A stretch of 61,537 bases of DNA, the filler included, from Diploschistes diacapsis (lineage: Eukaryota), in NCBI GenBank assembly GCA_023645945.1. It is 5 parts of 5 records of this genome, joined end to end, with 100 filler letters (N's around TTAATTAATTAA, not from the genome) between each part and the next. Parts side by side here need not be neighbours in the genome. Positions count along the whole stretch, not along the records: positions 37,019 to 49,235 come from JALAIB010000762.1; positions 49,336 to 61,537 come from JALAIB010000763.1; 3 more parts are not named here. One strand, 5' to 3'. Shown piece by piece: positions 38,603 through 51,046 of this stretch. Both the position numbers and the translations under genes were made by a program. The notes under the pieces are model-generated. The model made no database searches and was not told the DNA's origin. It saw only the letters and a list, made by a program, of their open reading frames with translations. Position 1 is the first letter of the stretch. Every line of letters begins with the position of its first letter.

Positions 38603-38963
38603 CCTGGAAATTATTATTTTGAAACCTGGTCTTAAGATAAATTGATAGAATCCCGAACTGGGTTTTGATCAGGTTTTATGAAGCCAGTGGCTGGGTTCAC
38701 TGCCACAAGCTGGAAAACACGAAAACTAGCCTTCAGGTAACATAGCTTAGTTCCTAACTAGCTCGGCCATCTTACAACCAAATTCCCAAAGATGAAGAAA
38801 CCTTGACTTTGAAGCCTTCGGAAGCTCCGCATCTAAAAGGTAACACAAGCAAGCGGAATGACCTCCTCACACAAGGTTTAAAGCTCCACTTGCCTAACGT
38901 ATGCAATTAGAACTCGACACTTCTGCGACGTCTTCTTCGGCGCCTCTGAAGAGGCTGCCAGCA

Positions 38964-39523
38964 ATGGCCTATAACTCCAGGTTCAACCCTGATGCCCTTC
39001 CAGCGTGAGTTACTTTCATCACTACCCATCCGACGAGCTAATATTCGCCCAGGCATGCCGAGCCCAATGAGGTGACAAATAGCTTGCCATCGCCATTCAT
39101 AGCTCCTTCACTGACTCTTGATTAGGCGGCGCGGATCCTCGCTCAGGCTCAAGCGCAATTCTCGCAACCCGCACAATCGCAAAGACCTCCCGCGCAGCAA
39201 CAACCTTCCTCGAAGCCCCACTCCACAAGCCCCCACCTAAGCTCCCAGCCGTCATACCAGAACAAGCCTGCTCCGCCCCTTCCCCCCCAACAGCAGCTGC
39301 AGCAGCAGCAGCAACAACAACAACCCGACCCCTTCTATCGGCCTCACTCGACAAGTAATGCCTCGTATCGCACCCACTCCAGCAGTACAGCCAACGGTTA
39401 CAACCACAATACCCCTGTGCCCCTCCGATCCCCTGCACAGTCTTATAACGCTTACCAAACACCAACACCTTCCGTACCCGGCGCGTATCCACAACCTTCA
39501 CGACCAGACCAGTATGGCGGACC

Positions 39524-39566
<43 letters not shown>

Positions 39567-40542
39567 CAGCCGCCTGGGTCAAGAAGTCAATCGCATTCCC
39601 CACGTCCTCCACCCGCTGGGAGTGGCAGCGTACCTACAGGGGGTGACCCGTCGCTACTGCCGCTGTTCAGGCTAGTGGATACGCATGGAACCGGACGGCT
39701 GGGAGAGGCGGAGCTAAGCAAAGCGCTGCTGAACGACGAATTTTCAAGCTTCGACCCCGTCACGGTGAGGTTGATGATACGGATGTTCGATCAGAATCAA
39801 ACCGGGAGTATCGGGTTCGAGGAGTTCTGGTACGTGGTGCAAGCAACAGAAAAAAACCATGTGTGCTAATTCTCATCCCTTGCTGTTCCCTATTCGAGAG
39901 GCTCCCTTGCGTTCACGCGCCCAGCAACCGCTAATCTTCCATCCCACAGCGGCCTCTGGGCCTTCCTCTCCGCCTGGCGCTCGCTCTTCTGGCGCTTCGA
40001 TGTCGATCGCTCCGGCAGCATATCCTACGACGAGTTCAGCAAGGCGCTGGTCGCCTTTGGATACAACCTCAGCCCAAACTTTGTGGGCATGATGTACAGG
40101 ATCTACGACAAGCGCGGGGACCAGAGTATGAGCTTCGACATGTTTGTTCAGAGCTGCATTTCGCTGAAGAGGATGACGGATGTTTTCAAGAAGTATGATG
40201 AGGACAGGGATGGGTTCATCACGTTGAGCTTCGAGGACTTTTTGACCGGTGAGTTTTTGTTGTCTTCTTTTTCTTTTCTTTTGTTGCTGTTGGTTCATGG
40301 CGGTCCACGATCAGGGGGGAAGAAAAGAGAAAGAAGGGATACTGAGGTAGAAGGGACGATCAAGATGTTGGGGTTGATGTCGCTTGCCTGCCGCGTCTAC
40401 CATGTGAGATCGCGGAGGCCGTGACTGAGCCTCGAGCTCGGTATGAAGGGCCATCGAGAAATTGCACAATGTTCCTGGTTCCCAGCAGCTAGGAAACGTT
40501 TCAGCTAACGGCACTGTTGTAGAAATCCTCAATCAGCGGTGA
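38964..40542 (+). CDS. PEF1: Peflin (penta-EF-hand protein) with P/Q-rich N-terminus
   Basis: MAYNSRFNPDALP start; LFRLVD..ELSKALLN..FDPVTVRLMIRMFD..IGFEEF|GLWAFLSAWR..FDVDRSGSI..FDMFVQSCISLKRMTDVFKKYDEDRDGFITLSFEDFLT|EILNQR*. Confidence 0.9.
39524..39569 (+). repeat. (CAG)n/(CAA)n microsatellite encoding polyQ in peflin
   Basis: Run of about 15 Gln codons. Confidence 0.9.
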
Positions 40543-41269
40543 AACCAATGGCAGCCACGGCCTCATGCACACAAATAGTTGGTGGCCACCACTCTTGGAT
40601 ATGGGCTCCTGCTCGACACATGGCCTTTGTATGCAAAATGCAGAGGCACTCCTCCACGCAATGCACGAAAAGGAATTTAAGGAGGGTGGTGCCCCGGTTG
40701 GACAAGCCGTATCTGGTTATATTCTTTTCGTTAGTCGCCAGTTAACGAGCTGGGTCTTGTACATTTTTCTCTCATTTTTCTGTTTGATACCCAGCCAGGA
40801 GGAAGCAACCTGGATATGCACGGAAGGTAGAGCTTGCGGAATAGAGCTTGTCCAAAAATACCGAAGGCTACAGCCTGTACTGCGTGATGTTCATTCTCAT
40901 CAAAAATCCATCCTTTCCGAAGTGCTTTGGGATTTGCAAAGCGAAGCGAGAGTAGTAAAATGGAATAGGTTTTTCGGACTATCAAAGTGTATAGAGTACA
41001 AAATTTTGACATTGCAAAATGCACTTGCTGCAGCATATGCTTTTGTTGTAGGATAGAAGCCTAAACTATACAAGAAGAGACCCGGAAGAGCAAAATGCTA
41101 ATTCTAGCCCTGGTAAACCGCAGACCCGATGCAGGCTCGAGAACGCACAAAACAAAGCAGGCTCGCAAGCGACTGCGCCAAATAGAGAATAATCATCAAA
41201 GCTTAGGTACAAAGAGATTCCTCAGACAGAGGGAGGGTAAGGGACCTGTCGGACCTCTCGCGTTCTTTC

Positions 41270-42436
41270 TCACAGTGCCTTCTCGATCCGCATCGCCTCC
41301 TCAAAGCCCATGTTCCATCCCCTAATATCCTCTGCACTCACACCTTCGCCGGGCCTTGGCAACGGTCTCCTCGCAGTGCCTCCATATCCGAACCTTGCTT
41401 GCATGACCGCCTTGGTTCCCACAACGCCCATCCTCTGCACCACCTCGTCCGCTTTCGCGAGCGTGGCCTGCAGCCAGCGCGTCCGCTTCATGTCTCCCGA
41501 GCCGTATGCCCGGTACAGCGCAACACATGATTTGGGTACAATGTTGGCAAGCCCCACCAGTCCACCGTGTGCGCCGACTGATAGAGCTGGTAGCAAAAAG
41601 TCTGCCGAGCCGGCCAGAACTATGAATGAAGGCGATGATGAAGCCGAGCATTCCAAGTCCAGGCTACCTTCAGAGATCGAAGGCGTTGGGGTCGTCTTTG
41701 GTGTATATAGGAGCTGCGGCACGTGATCTGGATCTGTTTCCGAGCCGGTAAAGTATTTGGACGGACTGGATGTCCCAGTAACTACCCGTCCTAGCTTGCC
41801 AACGTTGGCACATGTCAACTTGGTGCCTATGATATTCGGGTGCATCGCCAGCTCGAGGAGGAAGTCCGAGTCAAGGTCCAATCCTGCAGCTGCGCCGGGG
41901 TAATTGTATATCAGCATCGGCAAGGGCGAAGCGGCTGCGATGGCGCGGAAATGCGCTAGAAGGGAGGAGCGTGGATAGCTTGCTTTGTAGTAACTTGGCG
42001 GTAGGACTAGGACGTAGTCGCCGCCGCTTTCAGCCGCGTCATGACATAATGAGATGGCCTCGCGGGTCGACTGCGCTCCGCAACCGACAATGATAGGGAG
42101 CGTTGAGAAGCCGGCGTTGTCAAGGGCGGTGCGGGTTGTGCGAGTAACGAGTTGACGCTCTGACTGGGTCAAGTGGACGGCTTCGCCGTTGGAGCCTTGG
42201 GTGGTTATGCCAGCGAGCCCGGCCCGAGCGAGACGAACAGCGTGCTTTGCAATGGCATCGATGTCAACATCATCGTCGTCAGATTGGAAGAAACAGGGCG
42301 TTGGTGCATAGATGCCAGGCAGGAGGGGACGAGGCCGGTAAAGGTAGGATTCGGACAACATGGACTGTGCAGTGTAGCCCATGGTCACGTCGTCTTCCAT
42401 GGTATCTGGTGGAGTTGCTATTCGATGCGGAGCCAT
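41270..42436 (-). CDS. DHDPS/NAL-family class I aldolase (HOGA / L-threo-3-deoxy-hexulosonate aldolase-like)
   Basis: PGIYAPTPCFF, QGSNGEAVHL, IIVGCGAQST, LVLPPSYY, IYNYPG, IIGTKLT (Schiff-base Lys); start codon uncertain. Confidence 0.9.
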   Translation of the reverse strand: MAPHRIATPPDTMEDDVTMGYTAQSMLSESYLYRPRPLLPGIYAPTPCFFQSDDDDVDIDAIAKHAVRLARAGLAGITTQGSNGEAVHLTQSERQLVTRTTRTALDNAGFSTLPIIVGCGAQSTREAISLCHDAAESGGDYVLVLPPSYYKASYPRSSLLAHFRAIAAASPLPMLIYNYPGAAAGLDLDSDFLLELAMHPNIIGTKLTCANVGKLGRVVTGTSSPSKYFTGSETDPDHVPQLLYTPKTTPTPSISEGSLDLECSASSSPSFIVLAGSADFLLPALSVGAHGGLVGLANIVPKSCVALYRAYGSGDMKRTRWLQATLAKADEVVQRMGVVGTKAVMQARFGYGGTARRPLPRPGEGVSAEDIRGWNMGFEEAMRIEKAL

Positions 42437-44166
42437 GACAGAGAGGTTGGAGGTACCACCTTTATTAGGTGGTGACTGGAGAGATAGAAAATGACACAAC
42501 AGAATGTGTCAGAAAGAGACGTCAAATAGGGAATATGTTCGAGCTCCAACCTTCTGCACCTTGGAATGCAGATGAAAATGGCACAACAACAGCAACCCCA
42601 GGGGAGAAGGAGAACATAGCCTTATATATTTCCACATAATGTTAACCCTGGTTCATCGATCCTTCCTTGTGATGGTGGCGAGATTCAATGAAAGCCCCCA
42701 TTCACCTTCCTGAAAGGTCCACCTCGGTCATGTTTTCTAGTCATATTGACTAGTTTCTGTTTGCTCCCGCTTGAAGCCGTTTTCGACTGATCATCGTTAT
42801 AATTACCTCCTCTGCTCTTTTCCATGAAAGACGCGCACAGATGTTATTTTTGGGTCTAGTACGGCGCTATTGCAAACTAGGCGCCATGCACAGCGAAGGC
42901 AGATCAGCTACGATGCTATTCGCGTATAGAAGAGAAGTGAGGACAGCCTGCAATGGATGCTCAGGGCACCCCTTTGTTAACCTGTACGGGGCTTGATTGG
43001 ACTTAACAGTAAACACGAGACGAACCAGGCCAGCAAGTGGTGTTATAGTGGCTCTATAGTGGCCAGCTAATCCGAATTGGAGTTTTCCGAATGCGGTACT
43101 TTTGCTGCATAGGTGCTGGTAGACTGGAGGACAAAAGGGGGGGCGGAGTCTGAGTCTGAGTTCTCCCAATCGGCCGTGGATTTCATCCCCCACGCTCCCA
43201 CGTTTCTTAGCGTGGGGAAGCTTCCCCCACACATTGAGAATCAGCGCCCCCTGTTGTGCCATCTTCCGAGCGGCATGCGTTCGGCAAGATCTAAATGGGA
43301 GATGCTGTTCCTAGCTTTGCCCTGACATACCGACATACCTAGACAGTTTTTGCGCTGTCAATCTTCAAAGCCATAACCACTGCTGGTCTGTCTAGTATCG
43401 GAAAAGCAATCGAGGCAGACGCTCATCGAGGTTTAGAGGTAGATCGCATACTGTGGGGCCAAGTACCAGCCCCAGCTTTGGTTCTCTCTGTTGTTTTGTT
43501 CCCTGGATGGCACGAGACCGGCTGAGATCGAGAAAAGCCCGCGTATGGCATCCGGTTCTGGCCCATTGGCAGCCTCAAGTCAGCCGAATGCACGAAAGAT
43601 GACTTGCCCCGTCCCTTTCGTGTCCTGAGACGACAGAATCTTTGAATTTCATTACCCCATCGCCTGTTGCTAAGGGTTGCTCTGACAGCGTTGGGGAGGA
43701 AAAGGTGTCATTATTGAGTAATAACCCCGTCTCGGTTGATTTCGACCGGCCGACAGTTGCGATGTCGTACTGGCATCTTCTCGCATGTTCCCGGGCTTGA
43801 TCAGGGACCATTAAACATCTACTGATTGGCTGGATCACACGGCAGCAATCCGTCAAAAGCCCTTCTAAAAGTCCCGCATGGTTCCTGGAGCGGACACCCA
43901 AGGCCCCGCCCGGCATGGTCAGGACTCTTACCAGCATGGTTGATTAAGGTTTCTAGCACTAGAAGTTGTTCTCGATTAGCAACACGTTTCCCCCTTGCGC
44001 ATGAGCCTATGATTAGGATGATCAGGATGATTTACATGACTTGCTTCAGTCTATGATTTAAGCAGACGCCGATCTCTTTCATCCTCTTCTAGGTATTCAA
44101 GGTTGTCTTACGCATCCATGCAATAATGTTGACGTTGGGGCAGTGTGGGTCATGAGACGTGTTTTC

Positions 44167-45611
44167 TTACCCCTCACTTAATGGGTTGGAGCCCCTTTTC
44201 CGCCGAACGACTTGCGCCAGAGGAACATTGTCCTCGTCGTAGAACTCGACGTCTTCGTCTACGCCAAAGTCGCTGAGACCTTCGCCTTCCCAGTTGCGCC
44301 AAGCTTCCTCTCCCCTAAATGGACCATCCGCGGAGCTTTCGTCACCCTCAATCCCATCTTGCGAACACCTTGAGTGGAACGGTCGACGCCGCTGGATGCC
44401 GTGAGAACTTTGTGATCGATATAGGTCTTTTAATTGTCGAGTCTTGAAGTTCTGCAGTCTCTCTGCATCAGATCTCTCCATGTCCTTGAATAGTAATTGT
44501 TCACGCCCATGTCGTCCATCCGTAACTCTTGGGACCCTGTCAGGATCGGGAGGGGGCCATGTGGTAGACAAATCTAGGATTATGTTCAGCACAGCCAATC
44601 GTCTGGAAGACATTACACACCTTCAAAGCCGTTAACCTCAAAGTCCAGACCGCTGTCATTCGGAAACGTTGATGCAAACGGCCACAACCAAGTTAGGGGG
44701 TTCCTACCAAGCGCTTGCGCAACGTTCGAAATTATACCAATGTCGTATGGGAATTCTTGTTTCCTAATGTGAATTTTGATTCCCTCTGCTCCGTAGAGAT
44801 ATCCTCCTAAAGCCTTGGCACGTCGGAGCAAGGTTCTATGGCGCTCAATCTCCCAGCTTTCTATCGTTGTTATATTGGTCCAGACAGCCCATGAAGAACG
44901 CAATAAGGTAATACCGACCGCAAAGAGAGTAAGAGAGTTCACAGCAAAAAGGAGAAATAAGGATGTCAATTGTAGTAGAGATGGGCCAAGGTACTGAATG
45001 GTAAGCTACAACTGACACGCTAGACTGTTAGGCCATTCAACGTACACTTGGGAGCTTCCTGTTGCTCCATACAACGGTGATCCGCTCGAACAACAGGCTT
45101 TGGAGATAGCACATAGAAACAACAGCGTAGATGAGGAAGCGAAGAAAATGTGCAAGCGTGCGGTGAGAAACGCAATTGATGGTCCAAGGGCAATGATGGT
45201 CCATTTTTGGAATACACCTGGCCATCTATTCTCAGCTCTAAGATGAACCGATACGTTGAAGAGAAGATCTTACCTTTGACACGTCTTGCAATGGTGTGCT
45301 CTGGGAGGCTTGAACGCTTCACATTTCCAGCACCATCTACTCCGAAGCGAGGCAACCCCAGTGGGTCTTTCGCTGACTGGCTCACCTTCTGAACGACTCG
45401 AGCGCCATCCTGGTGGTACGAAACCAGGATCTGTTAGGCAAGCCCTGGCATAGCATATCCAGAGGCAGCCGACCAAAAGGTTGAAGATGAGTGAGCGATC
45501 TAAAGGGAGATGAAATGGCTCAATATAAGGGAACAGCGCCTGCGAGCCGTAAGCTAGAGTGAAAATCAGGCCTGTCACAGCGAATGGGGCTAGACTTGAG
45601 AGGTTGTCCAT
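44167..45611 (-). CDS. PFA4: DHHC palmitoyltransferase Pfa4
   Basis: RWCWKCEAFKPPRAHHCKTCQR|CIPKMDHHCPW; NITTIESWEIERH; QEFPYDIGI; FEVNGFE|D..WPPPDPDR; EGEGLSDFGVDEDVEFYDED. Confidence 0.93.
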
Positions 45612-45890
45612 TGGATGGAAGCAAGAGACTGGGCAACAAGCTTGAACCAGTGACTTGAAGGTTATCTCAAGAACTTAAAAGTAGACATCGAAGTACCAAA
45701 TCGCGCTTGACTCGGTTGGCACTAGCGTAGGGCAGAGGCCGGAATTCTATTGACCGTCGATTTGATCATCTACCTCTGCACAATCCCTTGCGAAAGGCCA
45801 AAACAATGAATTAAGTATATATCCCATTCATTCTTATAAGTACAAACAGGTTTAGTAGCAGTGCTATTAACATTTTCTTTATTATCTGTT

Positions 45891-48756
45891 ATGCCAATAT
45901 CTCCTTTATCCCCAGTCACAGCTCAAGCTCTTAGCTCATCTCAGGTTCTTACAGACACTCTGTCTCTAGTTAAAGAGTTGGTTGAGAATGCTCTCGATGC
46001 TAACGCAACCTCTATCTCAGTCGATGTGTCCTCAAATGCTCTGGATACTATAGAGGTGAAGGACAATGGCTACGGTGTGGCACCCGACGACAGACAGCTT
46101 CTTGCCCAGCGACATTGCACCAGTAAAATCAGCAGCCTTGAAGATTTATCTGCTACTGGTGGTAAATGTTTGGGCTTCAGAGGGGTTGCTCTAGCAAGCG
46201 TGGCTGAAATGAGTAGCTCTCTTATATTTCAAACTAGGGTTGAGGGTGAACTCATCGGAGAAGTCTTGAAATTTGACAGACAAGGAAAGCTCTTTAGGTA
46301 ATGGGCTCTCTAAGGTTAGTAATCTACTAAAGTCAGCAGTCGGACTCACAAGTCTCTGCCTCTTGGGGCTACGGTACGTGTGGAAGATTTCCTTAAGTAC
46401 ATTCCCGTACGCAGACAGGCAAGTCTAAAAGCTTCATCAAAGACACTTGCTCGTGTGAAATCGCTACTCCAGTCATATGCGCTAATCAGGCCATGTGTCC
46501 GATTTTCACTCAATATTTTGAAGGAAGAAAAACATAAGGCAAACTGGGTATATGGGACCAAAAAGGATGCAACTGTTGTGGACGCGGCAATCACTGTTTT
46601 GGGAGTTTCGACGATTTCGCAATGCAACCTGAAGTTCCGGACAGAGACTCTGGGCTTCGTTGATAAAGAGTCTCTATTATACGAGAGGGATACCAGTGAA
46701 TACGCCATCAAAGCTCTCTTACCTAAACGAGGATGCGGTGAGTGGGAATGCTATCAGTCTTCATGAACTACGGTATTCATAGTGTTCAGATGCGTGCGCG
46801 ATCAGCAATCACGGTCAATACCTAGCAGTCGATTCCCGACCCATTGCTTCCAGTAAAGGGACCGGAAGAAAAATTGTTAAGATCTTCAAAATCTATGTTC
46901 AGAGAGCTGTTTTAGCAAATGCAAAGCTTTTGAGTCCGTTACTTTGCTTGGATCTTAAATGTCCAATTGGGAGTTATGACCCAAACATTGAACCCGCGAA
47001 AGACGATGTGCTTTTCCACGAGGAAGGAAGAGTCTTGAAATTCTGTGAGGACATGTTCGCAGCTGTATATGGTGAGCAAAACGAGGAGAATGAAAGCCAG
47101 AGAGCGTTGGGAAACAGAGAGGCAGAATCAGTAGGGAGACCATTGGGAAATCATGACAAACGTCCCAGCGACGCGACGGCAAAAATGGCATTCTCGAGGC
47201 CTCAAAAACAGCTAAGTCTCGGAAAGGATACCGAGCGCGGTATCCTGTCATTTGCTAAAACTCCAAATTCTGTCACCCCGGCGAAAACATGTATCACGTC
47301 TCCGCCTTCGTGGCAGCATTGTCGGCGGAAGATGAATGAAACCATTGTTCAGTCGGCAGTTCTACCAATGTACGAGCCCAGTATTGTAGGCTGGCAGTCG
47401 TCGATGTATCCGAGCTCTCGAGACATACTCGAGGAAGGTCCTGTGTTGGCCAATGCAGAGGAAATGGAAGATGAAGACCCCGAACAGTGTGCTGACATAG
47501 CTACCGATCCCTGGACTATCGCCAAAATGAATGCTCCCGTTCGAAGAAAGATCTTAGCGCCAAAAGTTGTGGAGACTACTAACTTTAATGGACAACTGCT
47601 AACACCACAGAGAGCTGGCGATAATTCTTCACCCGTGAAGTTTATCCCAAGCAGGCCGGCACTGACGGTAAAGAACTTGAATCAGCTGCCATCTCCCCTT
47701 AAAGAAGCTGTACATAAGCAACTTTCAGCTTCTAACTCACCTCTACAAGCGCCTAAGTTTCAGCATTTCCACACAGAGGATAAGACCGATGATGTCCAAC
47801 AGAGAGTAATGAGTCCGTTAGAGAGCCATAACGGTGAGCAGCTAGAGATATGTCGGTTGCCTCGTAATGGTGGTCAGAACGGAACGCTTGGCGTTTCGAG
47901 GCGCAGATCTCCTATTCGAACAGCTCCGCAGCCAGGCCTATCGGGCGGGACTACCCTGAGGGATATTCCAGACGTGAGCCAGCGTCCTCGTCAAACGCGG
48001 CTTAACAATTGTATACAACAAACACGACCTCTCCTAAAACCATTCATGTCTCCCATTCCAAAACCCAATCAGCAGGATCAAGACGAAGGCATGACACAAG
48101 GTACTCATCCAGCGCAGCTACCCAGAAGAGGCCCTCAAGAAGACTCCAAGTCTCAACAGCATAGACCAAGACACCTGCAAGATATCATCAACGACACAGG
48201 GCGGAACCGTTCAAGACGTTCCCAGAATCTCAGCCGAATTCCAATAGCTGCTCGAGGAGGCCTCCGAGAAACCCTACAAAGCGCGGTCAAACAGCATGAA
48301 GCTCCTTCTAAGCTCCAGAGCATGGCGCCGATAACTAACCTACGGGGCCTTCCAGTACACCATCAGCAGTCGCTGGACAATCTCTGGCTGAGACAAGGTC
48401 TGGCTCGACTCTCTGGCGCCCGCCGTCCCCCTACATCTACCACCACCTCTGCGCTATCGTATCGGTCACCGTCCCCGGATCCACCCATCTCTATCAAAAT
48501 CTCCTCGCTCACCGTCTGCACCTCTATACCAGCGATCAGTTTGCTCTTCATTAAGATAGCCGGGTATAATGACTATTTGAAGGGGGGCGATGAGGCTCCG
48601 TGCTTCCCGAAGCCATTCCTCGCATTGCCTACCGTGATGGTCGCGGCGTGGGAGAAGCAGATTCGTCAGTTGCTTGCGAAGAGGGGCAGAAACGGGGCGC
48701 TTGAGGGTGACCTGGATCTGGTACGGGCTTTCACCGAGCATGCAGAGCAGGCTTGA
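45891..48756 (+). CDS. MutL homolog, MLH2-like (GHKL ATPase + transducer, long disordered C-terminus)
   Basis: SLVKELVENALDA, IEVKDNGYG, HCTSKI, GFRGVALAS, GATVRVEDFLKYIPVRRQ, GQYLAVDSRP, CPIGSYDPNIEPAKDDVLF; no DQHA endonuclease motif seen; two introns. Confidence 0.85.
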
Positions 48757-49235
48757 AAGGACGTGGTAGGATTTTAGGGGACGGCAGGAATGGCATTGAG
48801 CTATTGAACTTGCTGGGCCAAAGGCACTCTGCTGGAAAAAGAAAAAAGTATGCACGGTAGTCTATTACACTTCGCTCGCCTTGGTTGCAATGAGGCTTGC
48901 TGCGAGATTTGGAGTTGGCTTGCTTGAGCTGAAGCTCCGTCTCAAAACATAAAACAAGTGTTCGCTACCAGAAAAGTAGACCATCATCATCATCGCGACC
49001 GAATCCTAGTGTATATATATAGCAAAAGCAACCGCCCATCCCATCCCTAGGTAGTCAAACCAAGACTGACTGAAAAAAAAAAACGCCCAGAACACAGCCT
49101 TCCACCCAAGACCCACCCATCACTCCAACTAGCCTCAATCTCCCTCCATCCCATCAACCCTCGGCCTTGATCCTCTTCCCTTCCCCTCCCTGGCCCTCCA
49201 AAACCGGCGTGTCTCGCTCAGGACTCTTCCTCTTC

Positions 49236-49335
49236 NNNNNNNNNNNNNNNNNNNNNNNNNNNNNNNNNNNNNNNNNNNNTTAATTAATTAANNNNNNNNN
49301 NNNNNNNNNNNNNNNNNNNNNNNNNNNNNNNNNNN
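49236..49335. other. Artificial contig spacer
   Basis: N44-TTAATTAATTAA-N44. Confidence 0.98.
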
Positions 49336-49499
49336 AGGTTATCCTACTTTGCAGACTTTTATCCTTATGGGATACGCTAAGCCTTATTACCTACACTATT
49401 CCTAAACCGGTCTAATTGGGATTCCAAGAGGTTCAGCTGAACTGAACCTCCCCTCTGGAACTCAGTTGTACTCCCAGCCATGCCTTCTGCCTGTCTGCT

Positions 49500-49925
49500 C
49501 AACAAGTTATATAATAAATTTAAACTATCGAATAAATATAAGAATTCGTACAGATTGATATATCGTAAACGTAACAGTAATAAATTATGTAAAGAAATAA
49601 ATATCGTAAATCGGAAGATTTTAATATTAAAAATTATATTTATATTATAAAAAATAGATGGAAAATTAATCGACCATTAAAAAAAATTAAATAGTTAAAG
49701 ATCGGAACTATAAAAAATTATTAATAAAAAAGATAATGTTTATATACTAAATCTACTAAAGTAGTAAAAGTTATATCCGGTATTCTCTTTCGATAAATTT
49801 AAAAAAGCGTTTTAGGATCCTTTATCAAAGTAATATAATAAAACTAAACCCCCTATTGAGATAAATAAAGAATTAGAATACGAGGTCGAAGAGATACTAG
49901 CTTCAAAGTTAAAAAGAAAAAATCT
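49500..49925 (+). mobile_element. RIP-degraded Ty3/Gypsy (chromovirus) pol 3' fragment
   Basis: Very AT-rich and TpA-rich; translates to NVYILNLLK**KLYPVFSFDKFKKAF*DPL..PPIEINKELEYEVEEILASKLKRK (integrase C-terminus plus chromodomain start). Confidence 0.8.
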
Positions 49926-50232
49926 CGGATACGTCGGTGAAGGGCAGTAAGGTTCTTTTCGGCGTTTATTTATATTAGGACTTACGCAGCGTAGGCGACG
50001 TCTGCGGTTTTATAGGCGGACACCGCTTATACTTCGGAGATGTTTCTTAAAGAGGTAAGCAGCGCTCGGCGCCGAGACAGGAGCTAACTACGATAGGATT
50101 TACGCGGTGCATTTATAGGGGTGCTAAACCTCTCTACTAAACCTCTCTATTAGGCTGCCGGCGTTGCTGCTGAAGACTTGACTTCATAAGCGGCGTTGAC
50201 AAACAAGACCTATACACTACATTGGTGTCCCG

Positions 50233-51046
50233 ATGGGGTGAGAACACCATTCAATCACTGCTGAGATTCTCGATTTGCTAATAAAGTAAACAGCAGAGCG
50301 TACTGTTCTCGGTGTAGACGATCGTTTCCCTCGCAGCAAGCACTACGACAGCACCATGATGATTCTGCCAGCCATAATCGGTGTGAGGTCTGTGGATTCG
50401 ATGGATCCAAATGGAAGATATTACTAGAACACCACCGCGAGACACAACATCGAGTCGTATGCCAAGGCTGCGATGGTGGAGAAGGGGTGATCTGGGTTGC
50501 TGGCTCGCAGAAATATAAGGATCACCTTACGGCGCAGAATGTTTGCAAAACTTGTGAAGGGCATTTTGAAAGTCCTAGTAACCTCTACCATGTGAGTGCG
50601 ATAAAAAGACGCTGTCCCTACAGAGTTAATGTTGACAAGGATCATAGCATGAAGTGGTCCATTTGGAACCATCGATTGATTGCTATGGTTGCTACCGGAA
50701 ATTCTCTACCTATTCGGCGATGATAATACACTTGGAATCCGGTGCATGTGAATCTGAAACCAATATAGTGGATCTTAATGAATCCGCTGCTATGTCTTAC
50801 CAGTGGAAGGCATATATTATTAAAGAGTATCGGGACGCACTGCTTGCTCGCTGTGATCTGCGATATGAGTATAACGATGAGGTGTATCCGTTCAAGTGTC
50901 CCGAATGTGGTACTGCTTTTTCGAAGTTATCAGGTCTATTCCAACATGTGTACAGCCAGGCATGCAGACAAGGTTTATACGAAGGCAAGATGGGCAAATT
51001 GGTAAGATGGCTAGAAGTGCGGCACAGTGCTAGTGAAAGCGAATGA
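50233..51046 (+). CDS. Multi-C2H2 zinc-finger protein (3 exons)
   Basis: Spliced open frame MG|RAYCSRCRRSF..QHHDDSASH..CEVC..CQGC..CKTCEGHF..YH|HEVVH..CYGCYRKF..HLESGAC..CPECGTAFSKLSGLFQHVYSQAC. Confidence 0.85.

Noticed and set aside
12300..49291. Regularly spaced TTAATTAATTAA palindromes (~12.3-kb period)
   Set aside because: Synthetic six-frame-stop linker inside N runs; the periodicity reflects size-sorted contigs.
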